Assembly: GCA_039096225.1 (NCBI GenBank)
Contig: JBBPEB010000025.1
Location: 310,001 to 374,000 of the forward strand
Direction: 5' to 3'
Length of the DNA stretch: 64,000 bases
From: Blastocystis sp. Blastoise
Lineage: Eukaryota; Protista; Bigyra: Opalinata
Positions 43,051 to 62,981 of this stretch are shown piece by piece (positions within the stretch are counted from its first letter, which is position 1; each line of letters begins with the position of its first letter). A model generated the notes under the pieces. That model saw only the letters and a list, made by a program, of their open reading frames with translations. It was not told the origin of the DNA and ran no database searches. A program made the translations under genes and the position numbers.

Positions 43051-44409
43051 CTTAATAAGGAATAAACGATATAACGACTTGAACAACGATAAAGAAATGC
43101 TTTTTGTTTCTTGAAGAGATGTTTCATGGGAAATTCATTTTTTGCTGAGAAAAACAGAAGTTTGTTCTTCAAAAACATTTTGGTAATTGTTTTGATTGTT
43201 TTGTTGGTGTTAAATTACAAATTAAGTAATTAAATAAGCTTAGAAACCATAAACTAATTAGAATAAATATATTTATTGTATAATTAATAAGATTAAGTAT
43301 TAATTTGGTTGTTCATTATGTTGTTCTTACAATAATAGGATAAATAATTTAATCATAAAAGCATATGTGGTCCAGTAGACTATTAATCAAGTATATAATG
43401 ATTTCAAATTATTTTCTTTGGGGTAGATTTCTGCTTTTGAAACAAAAATCTTTGAAATCTTTTCTTTTTGTGTGTTAAGAATTATTTTTAGTATCTCTAA
43501 TTTATATAAAAACGTATTAATGTAGAATCTAACACAATGAATCACTTTTGAATTCTAATTGAATGCAAATTATTTAAATAAACATTCATCGTTTGAAAGA
43601 TAATGTAGAGATTTGTTTCTCAATGCATATCAATTCGTTATTTTTTCTTATTCTCAGAATATAGTTATATATCTACTCGAGTTTTCATTCTAGCTGTAAT
43701 TTCATAAGCAAATAATTCACAGAAAATATACATTCTTTCGTTTATATTGCTATTCTATTGATATATAAAAAAAGATGTTTGTATATCAAATAATTTTGTT
43801 AAAAAATTGATTTTTAAAGGTTTATTTTAAATTTACAAATAAAAATAACACAAATTAAATAAAAAAGAATAATGAAGTGAATCCTGTAATGAATAATTAA
43901 AAAATAAATATATTTGAAACACAGAAACTACTATTATTATAATCATATATAACTCAAAAAACGTATCTGATAGAGTGAATTACTTAAAAATGCGTATTTG
44001 TAGAAAGAATGAGAATCACTTTATTATTTTTATAAAACAAACATTTCTTTATCATTTTAAGTGACTTCTGATATTCACAAACACTTCATATTCATTATAA
44101 CGGTATAAAAACAAATAAGACAACCAAAAAGAAGTTTAATCATTAAATGATATGAATTGTGTGTGGAAAGTGAACCGACATCAGTCTTTCTGTCAAAAAT
44201 AAATGAGATAAATCAGCCTATACAGTAGAATTGTTAAAAAGTCAGACAATACAGTAGGGTATGGGAGTATCCCAACGTCTCCGAGTATGACTAGGTGTAT
44301 AAAATAATTATGGGGATAACTTATATTTTATAATAACTGCTAGGGGTATTATATATATATATATGGATTGAATATTGAGTATGTATATATATTATGCCTT
44401 ATTATACAT

Positions 44410-47400
44410 ATGATGACATATATAGAGTAGATTTAAGTGAGGTTCGTGAAAGTAATTGGGGATTGCCAATTAGGTATGCTTATATAGATCTGATATTGTT
44501 AATATAGCCTTGTATAGTTATGTTGAAGTGGTTAGATGAATAAGCAAGTCATATTAGACTTTTATCATAATGGTCGACATTTGGCTGTCAAAAATAGTCT
44601 TTGGGTTATATTATTGATGTATATTATTATATAAGTATGTATTATATCTAAATAGTATATAGGAAATCATATTAAAGAAATATTGATGGAGAATTACAAT
44701 TACAGAATGTGGAGTTATCTAGAGGTTTGTTTTGTCTTGTTCAATCCCATTATGGTATGAGTAGTATATAATAACATTATTATCAATATATCTTCTCTAG
44801 TTGTATAGAAATGGCAGTTAATTGATGTTCAGGAGTTATTATTGTTTTTAATATTTAACACTATCGTTTAGTCCTAGATGATGTATAGTACTATTATGTG
44901 AATTATTAGATGATTAACTGATATTATTGGAGAGTTATGGATGATTATATATTCAAAATAAAAATAATAAAAATTTTAGTAAAAAGGTATATTATGATTC
45001 TTTTCTCATTTATTTATTCTTATTGTTGTTATATATGCTTATTATTTGATATATATATTATAGAATTATTATTTTAACATATTTTCCTAGTCGATTATTG
45101 TTATTAATACTACATATAATATTTATATATGCTTTATTATGTATATTGTTATTCTATATATTATTATTTTATTATATTGTTAATTACTATTATATATAGA
45201 AAAAGTGTATTAATGATCGAATGAATTCATTTATATGTTTATTTGAAGTATGTATTATATTTATATATATTGTATATTTATATATATTGTATATTTATAT
45301 ATATTGTGTATTTAGATATATGTGTATATATTATATATATATATGTATACTTATATATTTATTGTATATATATAGAATGATGAATTTTTGTTATTTCTTT
45401 CTATCAGGGGAAAATAATTGTATATATATATAATATTATATATGTTCTTTTATGTATATTGATCCTATAATGATTGTATATGCTATATATTAATATTATT
45501 CTATGTACTAATTCTTGTTTTAAATAAATATGCATGATATATTATATTATTATATAGATATTATATATTTTCTATTATACTTTCTATTTCTGTATACAAT
45601 TTATACTAAATGATTACTATTTATATATGAATATTTTTAGTATATTTATTATCATTTATATATATAGTAATGTCATATTCTAGAATTATTGAGACTGTGT
45701 ATCTTTCAACTTTATATTGATGTATATAGTCTATATATATATATATATATATTCCTATATACTTTTTATGATGTTGTATATAATTTTTATTACATAATAT
45801 ATATACTAGTCTTGTTGTATATAGTATGTGTTAGTTCTATTGCTATTATTAATAAATGTATCTTCTAGCTTGTTCATTCATAATATTATATTATGTATGT
45901 ATATTATTCTATCTATTTATCTTGTTTTATATTCAATTTTTTATACTTTTCTTATAGTATATATATAACTCTATAACTTGTATTTATTTAATAATTGATA
46001 TATATATATATAGACTTTTTATTAAAAATAGTCAAATATACTCATATTTTAGGATATACTTTATTACCTGTTGGATTCATAAAATTATTTTGCTTTTCTT
46101 GATGTAAATATGTTCAACTTGTATATATTTATTATCATTATTTACTATATATATATATGTATATTTTTTTTATGTTTTGCATATACTATATTTATATTTT
46201 ATAGGTATTTTATTTATGGTGTTATTATTATTTTTGTTGGGTATCTTAAAAGTATGTAGTATCGTATATAATTGGTATTTATACTATAGACTTGTTATGT
46301 ACATAGCTTTTATGTAAATATATATGTTGATATATATATATATTTAATATATATAGTTATTATTACATATGTTTTGTATATTCGTTGTATAATTATATAT
46401 TTATTATTATATATAGTTGTTATTATATAAAGTTGTTATTATATATTTATTATATATAGTTGTTATTAGATTTATTATGTATAACTGTTATTATATATTT
46501 ATTATATATAGTTGTTATTATATATAGTTGTTATTATATATAGTTGTTATTATATATAGCTGTTATTATATATAGTTGTTATTATATATTTATTATATAT
46601 AGCTGTTATTATATATAACTGTTATTATATATAGTTGTTATATATAGTTGTTATATATTAATATATGTATTTGTTATATGTATTTATTATATATAGTTGT
46701 TATATAGTTATTATTATATATAGTTGTTATATAGTTATTATTATATATAGTTGTTATATAGTTATTATTATATATAGTTGTTATATAGTTATTATTATAT
46801 ATAGTTGTTATATAGTTATTATTATATATATTATTATATAGTTGTTATTATATATTTATTATATAGCTATTATTATATATTAATATATGTATTTATTATA
46901 TATATTTATTATATACAATTATTATATAGTTATTATTATATATATTATTATATATTAATATATATATATATTTATTATATAGTTATTATTAGCTTTTCTT
47001 CGTTTACATTCCTCTATATATGGTTTTTTACAAATATGTCTATATATTTGCCATGTATATAAATATTATTTATATTGTTTATTAATGCTTATTATATATA
47101 TAGTCATTATAAATATGCTTATTATATTATTTTCTTATTATATAATTTGCTTATTATATACATATACTTATTATATACATATACTTATTATATACATATA
47201 CTTATTATTATATATTATACTTATTATATATAAGACTATATATATACTTATTATATAATACACTTATTAAATATATTATATATAATGCTTATTATATATA
47301 TAGTTATACGTGTCCATGATTAACCTTCTCCATTATGCATATATTGTGTAAGATGTATATAGATCAATAAGATAACGTACTTATAGATATATATGACTTG

Positions 47401-48900
47401 TATAACTCAATAAATAAAAGTATATATATATATAATAATAATTATTATTATTATATATATATATATTGTTTTAAGTCATCGAATCTATTTTTATACGTTA
47501 TTAACTCTTGTTTCTTATATGACTTCTTTTTATATTATATACAATTACTGATATATATATGATATATATATGATATATATTTCCTTCGTTCTTTTTCTTT
47601 ATAAATTATTTTGGTTTCTAGATTTAGTCCAATATATTTATAGATATCTTTTTTACTGTTTTGTATTTCATATCTTTATAAGTAATATATGTTTATATAT
47701 ATATTTAATTCTATTCTATATATATAGTAATAAGTCGATAGCCTTTTATATATCTTCCTGGTTTCAATGGCATAAAAGTTTCGTTGAAGTCTATAATACT
47801 TTATATTTTCATTATATTATTCGTTATACTTATTATATATATATATAGGTTTATGTTGCTCTATGAGTAAATAGTATTATATATTATATACTTATTCTAT
47901 TGTTTTATATATAACTTATCCTATTCGTGTATATTCTTTTATATAGGTTTCTGCAAATTATATTTCTACTAATGCATATGAGATTTCTTTATGTATATAA
48001 ATATATATATATAGTTTTCTACACTATTTGATATTTTATATATTTAGTTTGTATAAAAACTATTTCATTTATAATCTACAATTATATTATCATTTCATTA
48101 AATATAATATATATATAGTTGTTTTAGTATATAGTCTCTTCTGAATTCTAGTATATCATATGCATCTATCATTCCTTATCTGTATATATATATAAATTTA
48201 ATTCTTTAGTATACTCATATTTTATATCCCTTTCCTTCTTATACTATTATATATCTTTTATAGAGAATTCATATATATATATATCCTTTTATATGCTTCT
48301 AATCATGAATACAGTACTTGATCTTTTTTCAACTGTTTGTGATTAATGTCCTTATCATCCCATATTACTCTTGATAAGAAGATTTTTAGTATATATATAT
48401 AAGTATATATATATAAATACTTATATATAAAGATAATTATATGTTAATATGTACTTGTATATATACTTATATATATACTAGTATATAAGTTTATATTAAT
48501 ATATATATACTTATATATACTAATATATATCATATCTATATGTATATTATCTTCAATATTCTCTATAGTCCATCATTTTTAACTATTTGTAACTTATTAT
48601 CTTTTTATATTATATACACAGTATATATAGTCTTCATTTATTAGAAAACATCTACAATTAAAATATGTATATAGATCTATACATATATAATTTTTATACA
48701 ATTATATTTTATTATTTTATTCATTATATCTAATATATACTTATATTAATGCTTATTTATTCTCTCTGTCCTTTATTTATATCTTTATACGCTTTTATTA
48801 TTCTATATAAATTATTTATAATCTTTATTGTCTACATCTTTTATACTATTTATACGACTATATATATTTTCCATTTATTTCATTATAAAAGATTTATTTA
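44410..48900 (+). pseudogene. Decayed exon/intron-like cargo inside MULE-B, origin unidentified
   Basis: Short exon-like blocks bounded by AG/GT and T-rich intron-like spacers on +; the frames tested by hand (first ~600 bp) hit stops. Confidence 0.3.
46410..46850. repeat. Minisatellite (TATATAGTTGTTAT-type units)
   Basis: Direct reading. Confidence 0.8.
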
Positions 48901-49079
48901 TTTAGTGTTTATTCCACTTGTTCTACAAATATAAGAAATCATTATGGATATTCATTAACAATATAGGTATAATAATAATACGAATATTATTATACTTATA
49001 TACATAAAAATTTATATATTGTTTATATGTTTTTCTTTAAGATTTTGCTTTTATTGATTATATCAATAGTTTTAACACT

Positions 49080-49148
49080 CCTTAGACTGTTTATGGTCAG
49101 TAGCAATTATTATTGGATTGCTATCAGGTTCAATTCCTGATCTAATGT
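49080..49148 (+). ncRNA. tRNA-like cloverleaf (pseudo-tRNA or tRNA look-alike)
   Basis: CCTTAGA/TCTAATG acceptor (6/7 paired), CTG-TTTATGGT-CAG arm, TAGCAAT/ATTGCTA arm, perfect T-arm TCAGG-TTCAATT-CCTGA. Confidence 0.45.
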
Positions 49149-51129
49149 CATTTATTGTTATTTTTTTAAATATTTTTAAATATTTTTATTTATATATATT
49201 ATATTCGTTTACTCTTCCATTATACAGATATATAGTACTTTGAGATATTTAATCAACTATGTATATGGTCAGTCGCTCTCCTATAATGTTTTTATTTAAT
49301 CTTTCCCAACACACAACACATTGCTAATTAGATGCATCAATTATTTTCTATATAAACTATATTTCATTGATTCCTCATTATATACAATTCTAAGCATCAA
49401 TAAAACATTAAGATTCTGAATAGACTTCTTAAAGTGAATCAACTGTAAATGCATTTCATTTTATTAACTTAAAATGAATTAAGGTAGTTAATTCAAATCT
49501 AAAACATATTTATATCCAATTTTAACCTTTGTGATTTAGTTTCTATTGCTCTTATAAGGTCTGTAATACTGATCATCACAATCAACTTCAAAATAGGATT
49601 CTAATCGTTCACTGTATAACATTCAAATAGGTTTTGCTACTCATAACTTCAAAAATTAATAGAATTAGCCTCTTCTCTTACGACGAATTTTAAAAACTAC
49701 TAATTACATGCCTAAAAAGAAATTACTACATATTTTTGAGCTTCATTCAGTATTACTGATCAGTTGATCAACAGATAAAGCTTGTAATTTCATAAAATAA
49801 GATAATTGACAAAAATATCACCTTCATAATATAGAACATCTATCATCTGTGTGAAGATTATTTGAGCTAAGAATACCATTCATAACATAATTTACCATAA
49901 AATCAAATATGAACATAACATCAATCCATTAAACCACCTAGTTTTGATATAAAAAGTAGCGTAACGATAAATACATAGCTTAGAGAGCAGTAAATAAGTA
50001 ACAAATAATTAATAATAATTAATAAAGGTATTTTGAATAGATAAATAACATTTAATCAAAATTTACTAATGTTTTTTTAAGTAAAGTTAGGGAAATGGTA
50101 TAAAAATATAAATATTTTGTTATTTGCATGTTTGAAGCATGTATAAGCATTTATAAAGCTATTATAAGTGTATTAGAGTAGGTCAAAGTCACCATTGCCA
50201 ATGGATTAAAGTATAGACTTACTTATTTTCAAAGTTTGTATTGCGATTCAATGTAGAAATCTAATCAACTTACTTATTAAATCAAAACAAAGCATGTTGA
50301 AGACAATGATTAAGTGGCGGGTGTTTTACTTATTCTGGATTGAACCTTCCTTCATTAAACTGATTAGAAACACTTATTCAAACACTGGTTGTAGTCTTTA
50401 GGATAGTCTTTATGGTAATCTTCAATTGATTTCAAAAGAAAAGGTCTTCGAAAGATGGTTTTCTCTGTTTCAATGATGATTAAACTGTGCTACTAATACA
50501 AAATGATCAATATAATAGAGGAATAAAGGTATTTATATATAATCATATAATTTGTATCTTATCTTAATCTTAGTTCATTATTATCTATATTATACTATTG
50601 TATATCATTATATATATGTAAATATATCAATACTATTCTGAATCTAATACATTTTTATAGAATGATTCCCTTAATTGTGTGTGTGTAAAGGTGATTATGT
50701 AATGTGTTTTACTTCGAAAAGGCCTCATAATGAAGTTTTGATATATGTCTTTTAATTATTCAATGTTTCTTAATGATGATATAAATGAATATATATTTTG
50801 AGTATATATAATATATATTATATATTATACTTATGTATTTATATTGTTTTTAACTATATTGTATATACTATTTTATATTTAAATTGTATTTATATTGATT
50901 ATAGATATATAGATGATATTGATACAGTATAAACAAACAAAACAATGAGTATTATAAAAAGAAGATATGAATAATGTATATATATATATGTATATAGATA
51001 TAAAATATTTATTTATATTAGTATATATATAGATGATAGATAAATAAGGATATTAATCATATAAAGAATAAATTGTATATTAATAAATAAAGATATAATT
51101 ATATATGATGATTATTTAGTATAATATAA

Positions 51130-54100
51130 TTATAACAGATCGATTCTGTCTTCAAATGGGATACTTCTCTTCACATAAGGGATTCTCTTTCTCTTCTTCT
51201 CCATGTTGATCTCAGCCTTTCTCTTTCTTCTATTTACAACTGGTTTCCCTCTTTTCTTCATTGCATAAGATGGCTTCAATATTTGAACTTTTGGTATTTC
51301 ATCAAGTATAGTAGATGGAATCAACCTATATAAAGTATATATCATATAATTTTTTTTTAATAATTATAATAAGAATATATATTGATTTATTTATTTATAG
51401 AAATAGAATACTATTAAGAATTATAATATATAGATAGTATATAGATAGTATATAGATAGTATATAGATAGTATATAGATAGTATATAGGTAATATATAGA
51501 TAGTATATAGATAGAATATAGATAGTATATAGATAGAATATAGATAGTATATAGATAGTATATATATAGACTATAGATAGTATATAGATATTATATAGAT
51601 ATTATAGATAGTATATAGATATTATATAGATATTATATAGATAATATATAGATAGTATATAGGTAATATATAGATAGTATATAGATAGTAGATAGATAGA
51701 ATATAGGTAATGTATAGATAGTATATAGATAATATATAGATAGTATATAGATAGTATATAGATAATATATAGATAATATATAGATAGTATATAGTATACA
51801 TATAGATAGTATATAGATAGTAGATAGATAGAATATAGATAGTATATAGATATTATATAGATAGTATATAGATAGTATATAGATAGTATATAGATAGTAT
51901 ATAGATAGTAGATAGATAGTATATAGATAGTATATAGATAGTATATAGATAGTATATAGATAGTATATAGGTAATATATAGATAGTATATAGATAATATA
52001 TAGATAGTATATAGATAGTATATAGATAGTATATAGGTAATATATAGATAGTAGATAGATAGAATATAGATAATATAAAGATATTATATAGATAGTATAT
52101 AGATAGAATATAGATAATATAAAGATATTATATAGATAGTATATAGATAGAATATAGATAATATAAAGATAATATATAGATAGTAGATAGATAATATAAA
52201 GATAGAATATAGATAGAATATAGATAGAATATAGATAGAATATAGATAGTATATAGATAGTATATAAATAGTATATAGATAATATATAGATAATATATAG
52301 ATAGTATATAAATAGTATATAGATAATATATAGATAGAATATAGTATACATATAGATAGAATATAGATATTATATAGATAGTATATAGAAAGTATATAGA
52401 ATCTATCGGATATATATTTATACTATTCTACTATTATCTATATACTATCTATACTATATATACTATCTATATAGTATATATATATATATACTACATATAC
52501 TATATATACTATCTATATTCTATCTATATTCTATCCATATAATATATATATACTATCTATATACTATCTATATACTATATATACTATATATATCATTATA
52601 TACATATAAATATATACTCTCCATCATAGTTTTGATATTGATTTCTATAAATTTGATTATTCACATTTCTTAATACTCGTGGAATAATATCAGTATTATT
52701 ATTTCCTTTTTCTATTAAGTACCTAAGGAATATTATAGCATGTTTACAGGGAGTGTGTTTGTTTTGGTATTCCTTACATTCACATGTTTGCTTTTCTAAA
52801 TTTACTATATAGCTAACACCATCATTTACAACAGCAGAAACTCCATCTTTCTTTTCTTTTATATAATACTTCTTATTCTTGATTCTATTATATATATTAT
52901 CAAAACAAGGTAAGAAAACATTATCAATAGGAATACTAGTTTTTATATTAATCTGTTTTGTAATACTATAGTTATAGATACATAGAAACATTTTATGAAT
53001 AGGAATATTTCTAAAACGTTTTAATACTCTATTGTAGCTTTCAGCTACACTTGAGGAAATATACCATTTACAAATTGAATCATACTTTTGTAAACTTTTA
53101 TTATTCTTTTCCCAAACTTCAAGAACTTGACATCTAAGATCTTCATCTATAATCTTTTCTGCTTTTTCTTTTGCTTCTTCAAAAGTAGAAGCTTTATAAC
53201 TATCTATAATATATTGTTTTGTACGTAAGTCGACTCGAAGATGATCTTGTAATAAATGGAAGAAACAGAGAATATGGGGATAGTCAGGAAATACCTTTTG
53301 AACTGCCGACTTGATCCCCTTAGCTTGGTCAGAAACAATAGTAAATGTTTGATTACCATATTGACTCATTAAAACCTTCTTTAATGAAGATAATAAAGTA
53401 ACCCAAGCTTCTTCACTTTCAGATGGAAAGAATCCAAAACCAAGACATATGGATTCATGATTGATATTAACAGCTATAAAGAGTAATAGTAATAGTAATA
53501 GTAATAGTAATAGTAATAGTAATAGTAATAGTAATAGTAATAGTAATAGTAATAGTAATAGTAATAGTAATAGTAATAGTAATAATAATAGTAATAGTAA
53601 TAGTAATAGTAATAGTAATAGAAATAGTAATAATAATATATATATATTACCTGTTATAACTAAAGTAACAGTACTTCCAAGACCCATAAACGTTCCATCT
53701 AGGAAAATAACAGGAGGAGAATAATTTAATAATTTAATATTTTCACCAATTAAGGTACAACAACATAATAATGATTTATTATTATTATTTCCATCAATAA
53801 TATCATCAGTATAATCAACAGTATTAAAATCAATTTTATTATTGACTGCTTTTCCATTATATAACATATAAAAAGCTCTATTATTTGAATTACTAGTATT
53901 GAGTTGTTTTATTATTTGAGGTATATAAGAATATGATATATCATCATTTAGAAGAAACCTCGTTGTAGAACAATATATTATATGTCGATTAATTGAAGGA
54001 AACAATGAATGTAGTTCATTAATAATATCTTTAGATATCATTCCTTTATATTTTTCATGACATAATAAATAATTATATACAAATGTACTATTTAATGGAC

Positions 54101-55479
54101 TTCTAAATAATAATCTAAAGTTTGTATTAATATAACTAATATTAGGTTTATCTTTACTTTGACTAATAACATTCTCAAAGTATTCCAATGAAACAGATCG
54201 TACAGGAGTTGTTATATTATTAACCTTGTCTTTAAACCCATTCATTAATACTTCATCATCTTGACTATTATTGTTTATATCAATATCACTTTCTTCCTCA
54301 TTTTCTTTCTCATTTTCATAATCATTTTCTTTTTCTTTTTCTATTACTTCTTCTTCTTCTTCTTCTTCTTCTAATATATCATCTATATACATATCAGGGA
54401 ATGTTTGATTATTTATTCTTTTTTCATTATTTTTTTGCATCTCATATAATAATAAATCCATTTCAGAACTCATATAAACTCTTTTCTCAAGTATAGGATC
54501 TTTTTTCTGAATTATTTCAGTTTCTATTTCAGTTAAAGGAGTATCATCTGTTCTTTCTTCATATTGTAATGATTCATCAATATTCACTTCATGATTATTA
54601 TTTTCTTTAATTTGATTAGAAACTAATTCCTTTTCTAATAGTTGAAGACCAGCTATATCTATAATAGTATTTCTATCTTGTTCATTATTATTATTAGGTA
54701 TTTCTTTATTATCATTATTAATAGGTATATTATTAGTTGTTATATTAATTTGTTTTTGATAATAGTCACAAACAGATTGTTTTATTCTATTTTCCTTCAT
54801 AAGTTCTATATAGTGAGAAGTAAATTTCGAACATTTCTAAATAAATAAAATAGTTAATATATAAAAATATAGTTTTTATTAATAAGAGAATTGATAGTAT
54901 ATATAGAAAATATTATTTTAATGTAAAATATAATAAATATTGTAATTATATATATTTATACATCTGTATCATGTTGATGGAAGTGTGTTAAGTGATATTT
55001 TCCATCTTTAAAGTTGTATTGAATTATGTAATTGCATCCCATGATGGGACATTTGTATTTGACATATTGTTTTGAACTTCTTTGAATCATCATAGAATAG
55101 CCATTACTATATGCAGATAATCTTAAAAAAACCTCAATCTCTTCTCTTGACCCAAATTCAGGGCGAATGTTGAAAAGTAACGATATTAGAAAATTCCTAT
55201 AGATAATGCATAGGTAGTTTGTATAATCTCTGAAAAACCCATTAAAACTGTTTTCTTCAATCAAAGAGGCAATCTGATTTTGGTCAATGTTTTTAAACAT
55301 GCTAAAAGTTGTTTTTGTTAACGGATTCACTCTTGAATCCTTATCAGGACGTCTCTAGATATTAAAATATTTATATATGTGTAAAATACTTGTATGACGG
55401 AAGGAATGTGTTGAACATATTGAGTAAAATCCTCATTTTCCACTTCCTTATCTATTCTGTCAATATCCCGTCTATCCAT
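51130..55479 (-). CDS. Mutator (MuDR-type) DDE transposase, 5 exons, diverged paralogue of the MULE-A transposase
   Basis: MDRRDIDRID..; CPIMGC..HQH; FLDGTFMGLGSTVTLVIT|AVN; SDQAKGIKSAV; SSSVAESYN; SWIM CECKEYQNKHTPCKH; last exon ..RGKPVVNR..DRIDLL. Confidence 0.93.
51428..52590. repeat. 11-bp minisatellite (ATATAGATAGT)n filling the last transposase intron
   Basis: About 1 kb of tandem units; the unit switches orientation after ~52420. Confidence 0.9.
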
Positions 55480-55946
55480 TTAAGTCAAATTTAAACAAAT
55501 AGGTCGAATATGGCAAAAATTAATTATTAGTAGAAAACACATATAGTTTCTTGACTGGGAATTTTACAACATATTTGTATTATATTCTAGTCGCCATTAT
55601 GTTAAAAATACCGCGGGTCATAGGACCCTCTGGAAACGACTGTATTGTCTGACTTTTTAACAATTCTACTGTATAGGCTGATTTATCTCAAAATAAATTG
55701 ACGGGAATCATGGGAATTTATTAATTTTAACCAGTTCTATTTCAAAGAATCAAAAACAAATCAATTGATTTGTTTTTAAAGAAAAAAAATGATTATTCGT
55801 GATTATTTGACTTTGTTTTCAATGATAACAAAAAGTGATTTTATCGTTAATTATTGTCGATACATAGTATTTATCATTGTATTCATCGCATAAGTGATTT
55901 AAATAATTGATGCTATTGTGTGAAGCATAAAAAAAGAAATTTGCTC

Positions 55947-60518
<4,572 letters not shown>

Positions 60519-61589
60519 ATATATTTATTATATATATGCTATTTATTATGTATATTTATATATTTTTTATAATATACATTATAAACAAAGTATATATCTT
60601 AATATTCTTTTTTATTACAAAAAATAAATTTCCATTCTTTATTATAATTATACACGCTGTCTGTTTATAGAATATACCTAATAGTAGCAAACAATTTTAT
60701 GTTTAAAATATTATACTATTTTTTTTCTTCTTTTTATTGTAGACTCTTTATATTTTAAATGATATCAATATGCTAATATTAGGTGCGTTTCTTAATCATA
60801 TACATAAATTATTTTCTTTTTCATTTTCATGCTTATAATTGGTTTTATTCTTTTTCATCTGTATCATTAAATATATTTCTCAAAGAGTATAAATATATAT
60901 AAGTATAAATATATATATATATGTTTTCTTTTTTTCGCTATTCCATGTCTTGTTCTATATTTATTTATATCAATATTGTAATTATATATATTATTATGTA
61001 AAATGGAATAGTATATACTCTTCTTCGTTATTTTCTTGATCATTTTGTTTATTTTGTTTTCTTCTCATTTTGTTTTTGTTTTCATTCTTTTTCTTTTAAA
61101 TATGTTTTACATCTAATAGCATCATTGTCTTGCGTATTTTATTTCAAATAATATAATTCATTAGAAATCTAATCATAATATATACCTTTAACAACAACAA
61201 AAATAAAAATGTTTTGATTTTATTTTTTTAAAAATTCCATATCTATATTTAACTATCGTAGATTAATCACCGTACTCTGTACTATACTATGACATATTGA
61301 TAATGAATAAAATATACAATACCATTATCAAAGAGTGTTAATGAATTCATATAACGTTTTCTAGATAATAGAATATATTCATATAACACTTTTACATGCA
61401 ATACATATTCATAAAAAAATCTAATCAATATGTACAGCAAAAAATTAAAGAATACAACCTTTCATTATTTAGCCAGTTTCAGAATTTCTCAGCGAGAATA
61501 TAAAAATACAGTCAGTTTATCGAATCCGAAAAAGAAAACAGAACTTTGTCATTTTTAATTCATTATTTTCTTGAGTAATTAAAGATAAC

Positions 61590-62848
61590 ATGAAATATCT
61601 AATTGCTTTTTTACTCTTCTATGTTCTCGTGTTTTCTTATGAGTTAAAACCTTTTGTAACAGTTCAGATATCAGATATTCATATCTCCCATCTTGAAAAC
61701 GATACAAGAATATCTGATTTAAAAGAGTTTACGAATAACTTACTGAAAACAATAGATCCAAATGTTTTAATGATAACTGGAGATATGACAGATGGAAAAC
61801 AAGCTCTTCTTTTAAGTATATATTAACTTAGATATAATTACTAAAGAAACAATTATGTAGGTGAAGAAATTGAAGAAGAATGGAAAACGTATGTGTCATT
61901 TCTGGTTAATCTATATGTTTATTTTATCTCTAAATATAAGAGTTTTTATCTATATATTGCGTTTTTTATTAATATACAGTTATATATTTTTTTATCCCTA
62001 TAGATATTATGAAATAATGAAGACTAGTGGTTGGTATGATTCTGGAAAACTGATTGATATTCGCGGGAATCATGATAATACTAATTTATATTCGGATAAT
62101 CGGCAAATATATAGTAAATATTCTATTTGTGGAAAAGAGAAATTTGTATATATACGTAAATATATTTATGGAAATGAAACAATATGTTTTATTGGTTATG
62201 ATGGTACTTATAATCCTTGTATATATTATTATTATTATATATAATAGTTTTAAATGATATATATTATTTATTATTATATTAGTATTGCTATATTATAGTG
62301 ATTATATATATATATATAGCGCAATCTATAAGTGAAACCTTTTTTGGTGTTTCTTCCAAATATCGTAATAGTATATTTAAATCATTAAATTTCACGTATA
62401 TATATAAAGAATGATACTATTTATTATTATTCTATATATATGTTCATTTATAATCTATATGCATTTAAATTGTTTTATATTACTCTTTAAAGAATGATAT
62501 ATATATATATATATATATATAGTGATTGCTCCTTTCGTACCTTCTTTACTCACTACCCAACAAGTTATATTGATTTATCCTCCATTTCTAAGACATTATC
62601 TGCCTACCGACCACAGATTTACGCCGCAGGACATCTTCATACTCTCTTTGGAGTAGAAGAAAGAGCTTATTCAGAATGGGACGGATTACAAACAGTTGTC
62701 AGTGACTGGAAGAAAAATAGAATAATAGCCTTGCATTCTTATTATTATGGTTTATATACATATTTTGATTTTTCTTATCATATATATAAACAACAACCAA
62801 TTATATTTGTACAAAACCCACCTGTATATATATATTTATATATATATT

Positions 62849-62909
<61 letters not shown>

Positions 62910-62923
62910 TATATATATATATA

Positions 62924-62981
<58 letters not shown>

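Larger units (their letters stand above)
44205..55689 (-). mobile_element. Large Mutator-like element MULE-B (11.5 kb) with transposase and cargo
   Basis: Perfect 51-bp TIRs (44205-44255 / 55639-55689, GAGATAAATCAGCC...), 9-bp TSD AAAATAAAT (44196-44204, 55690-55698). Confidence 0.95.

Noticed and set aside
44410-45000. Intact mudrB-like second gene in MULE-B
   Set aside because: The splice combinations tried after ..WGLPI all run into stops; kept only as decayed cargo.
51602-52351. 249-aa hydrophobic ORF
   Set aside because: It is the 11-bp minisatellite inside a transposase intron.
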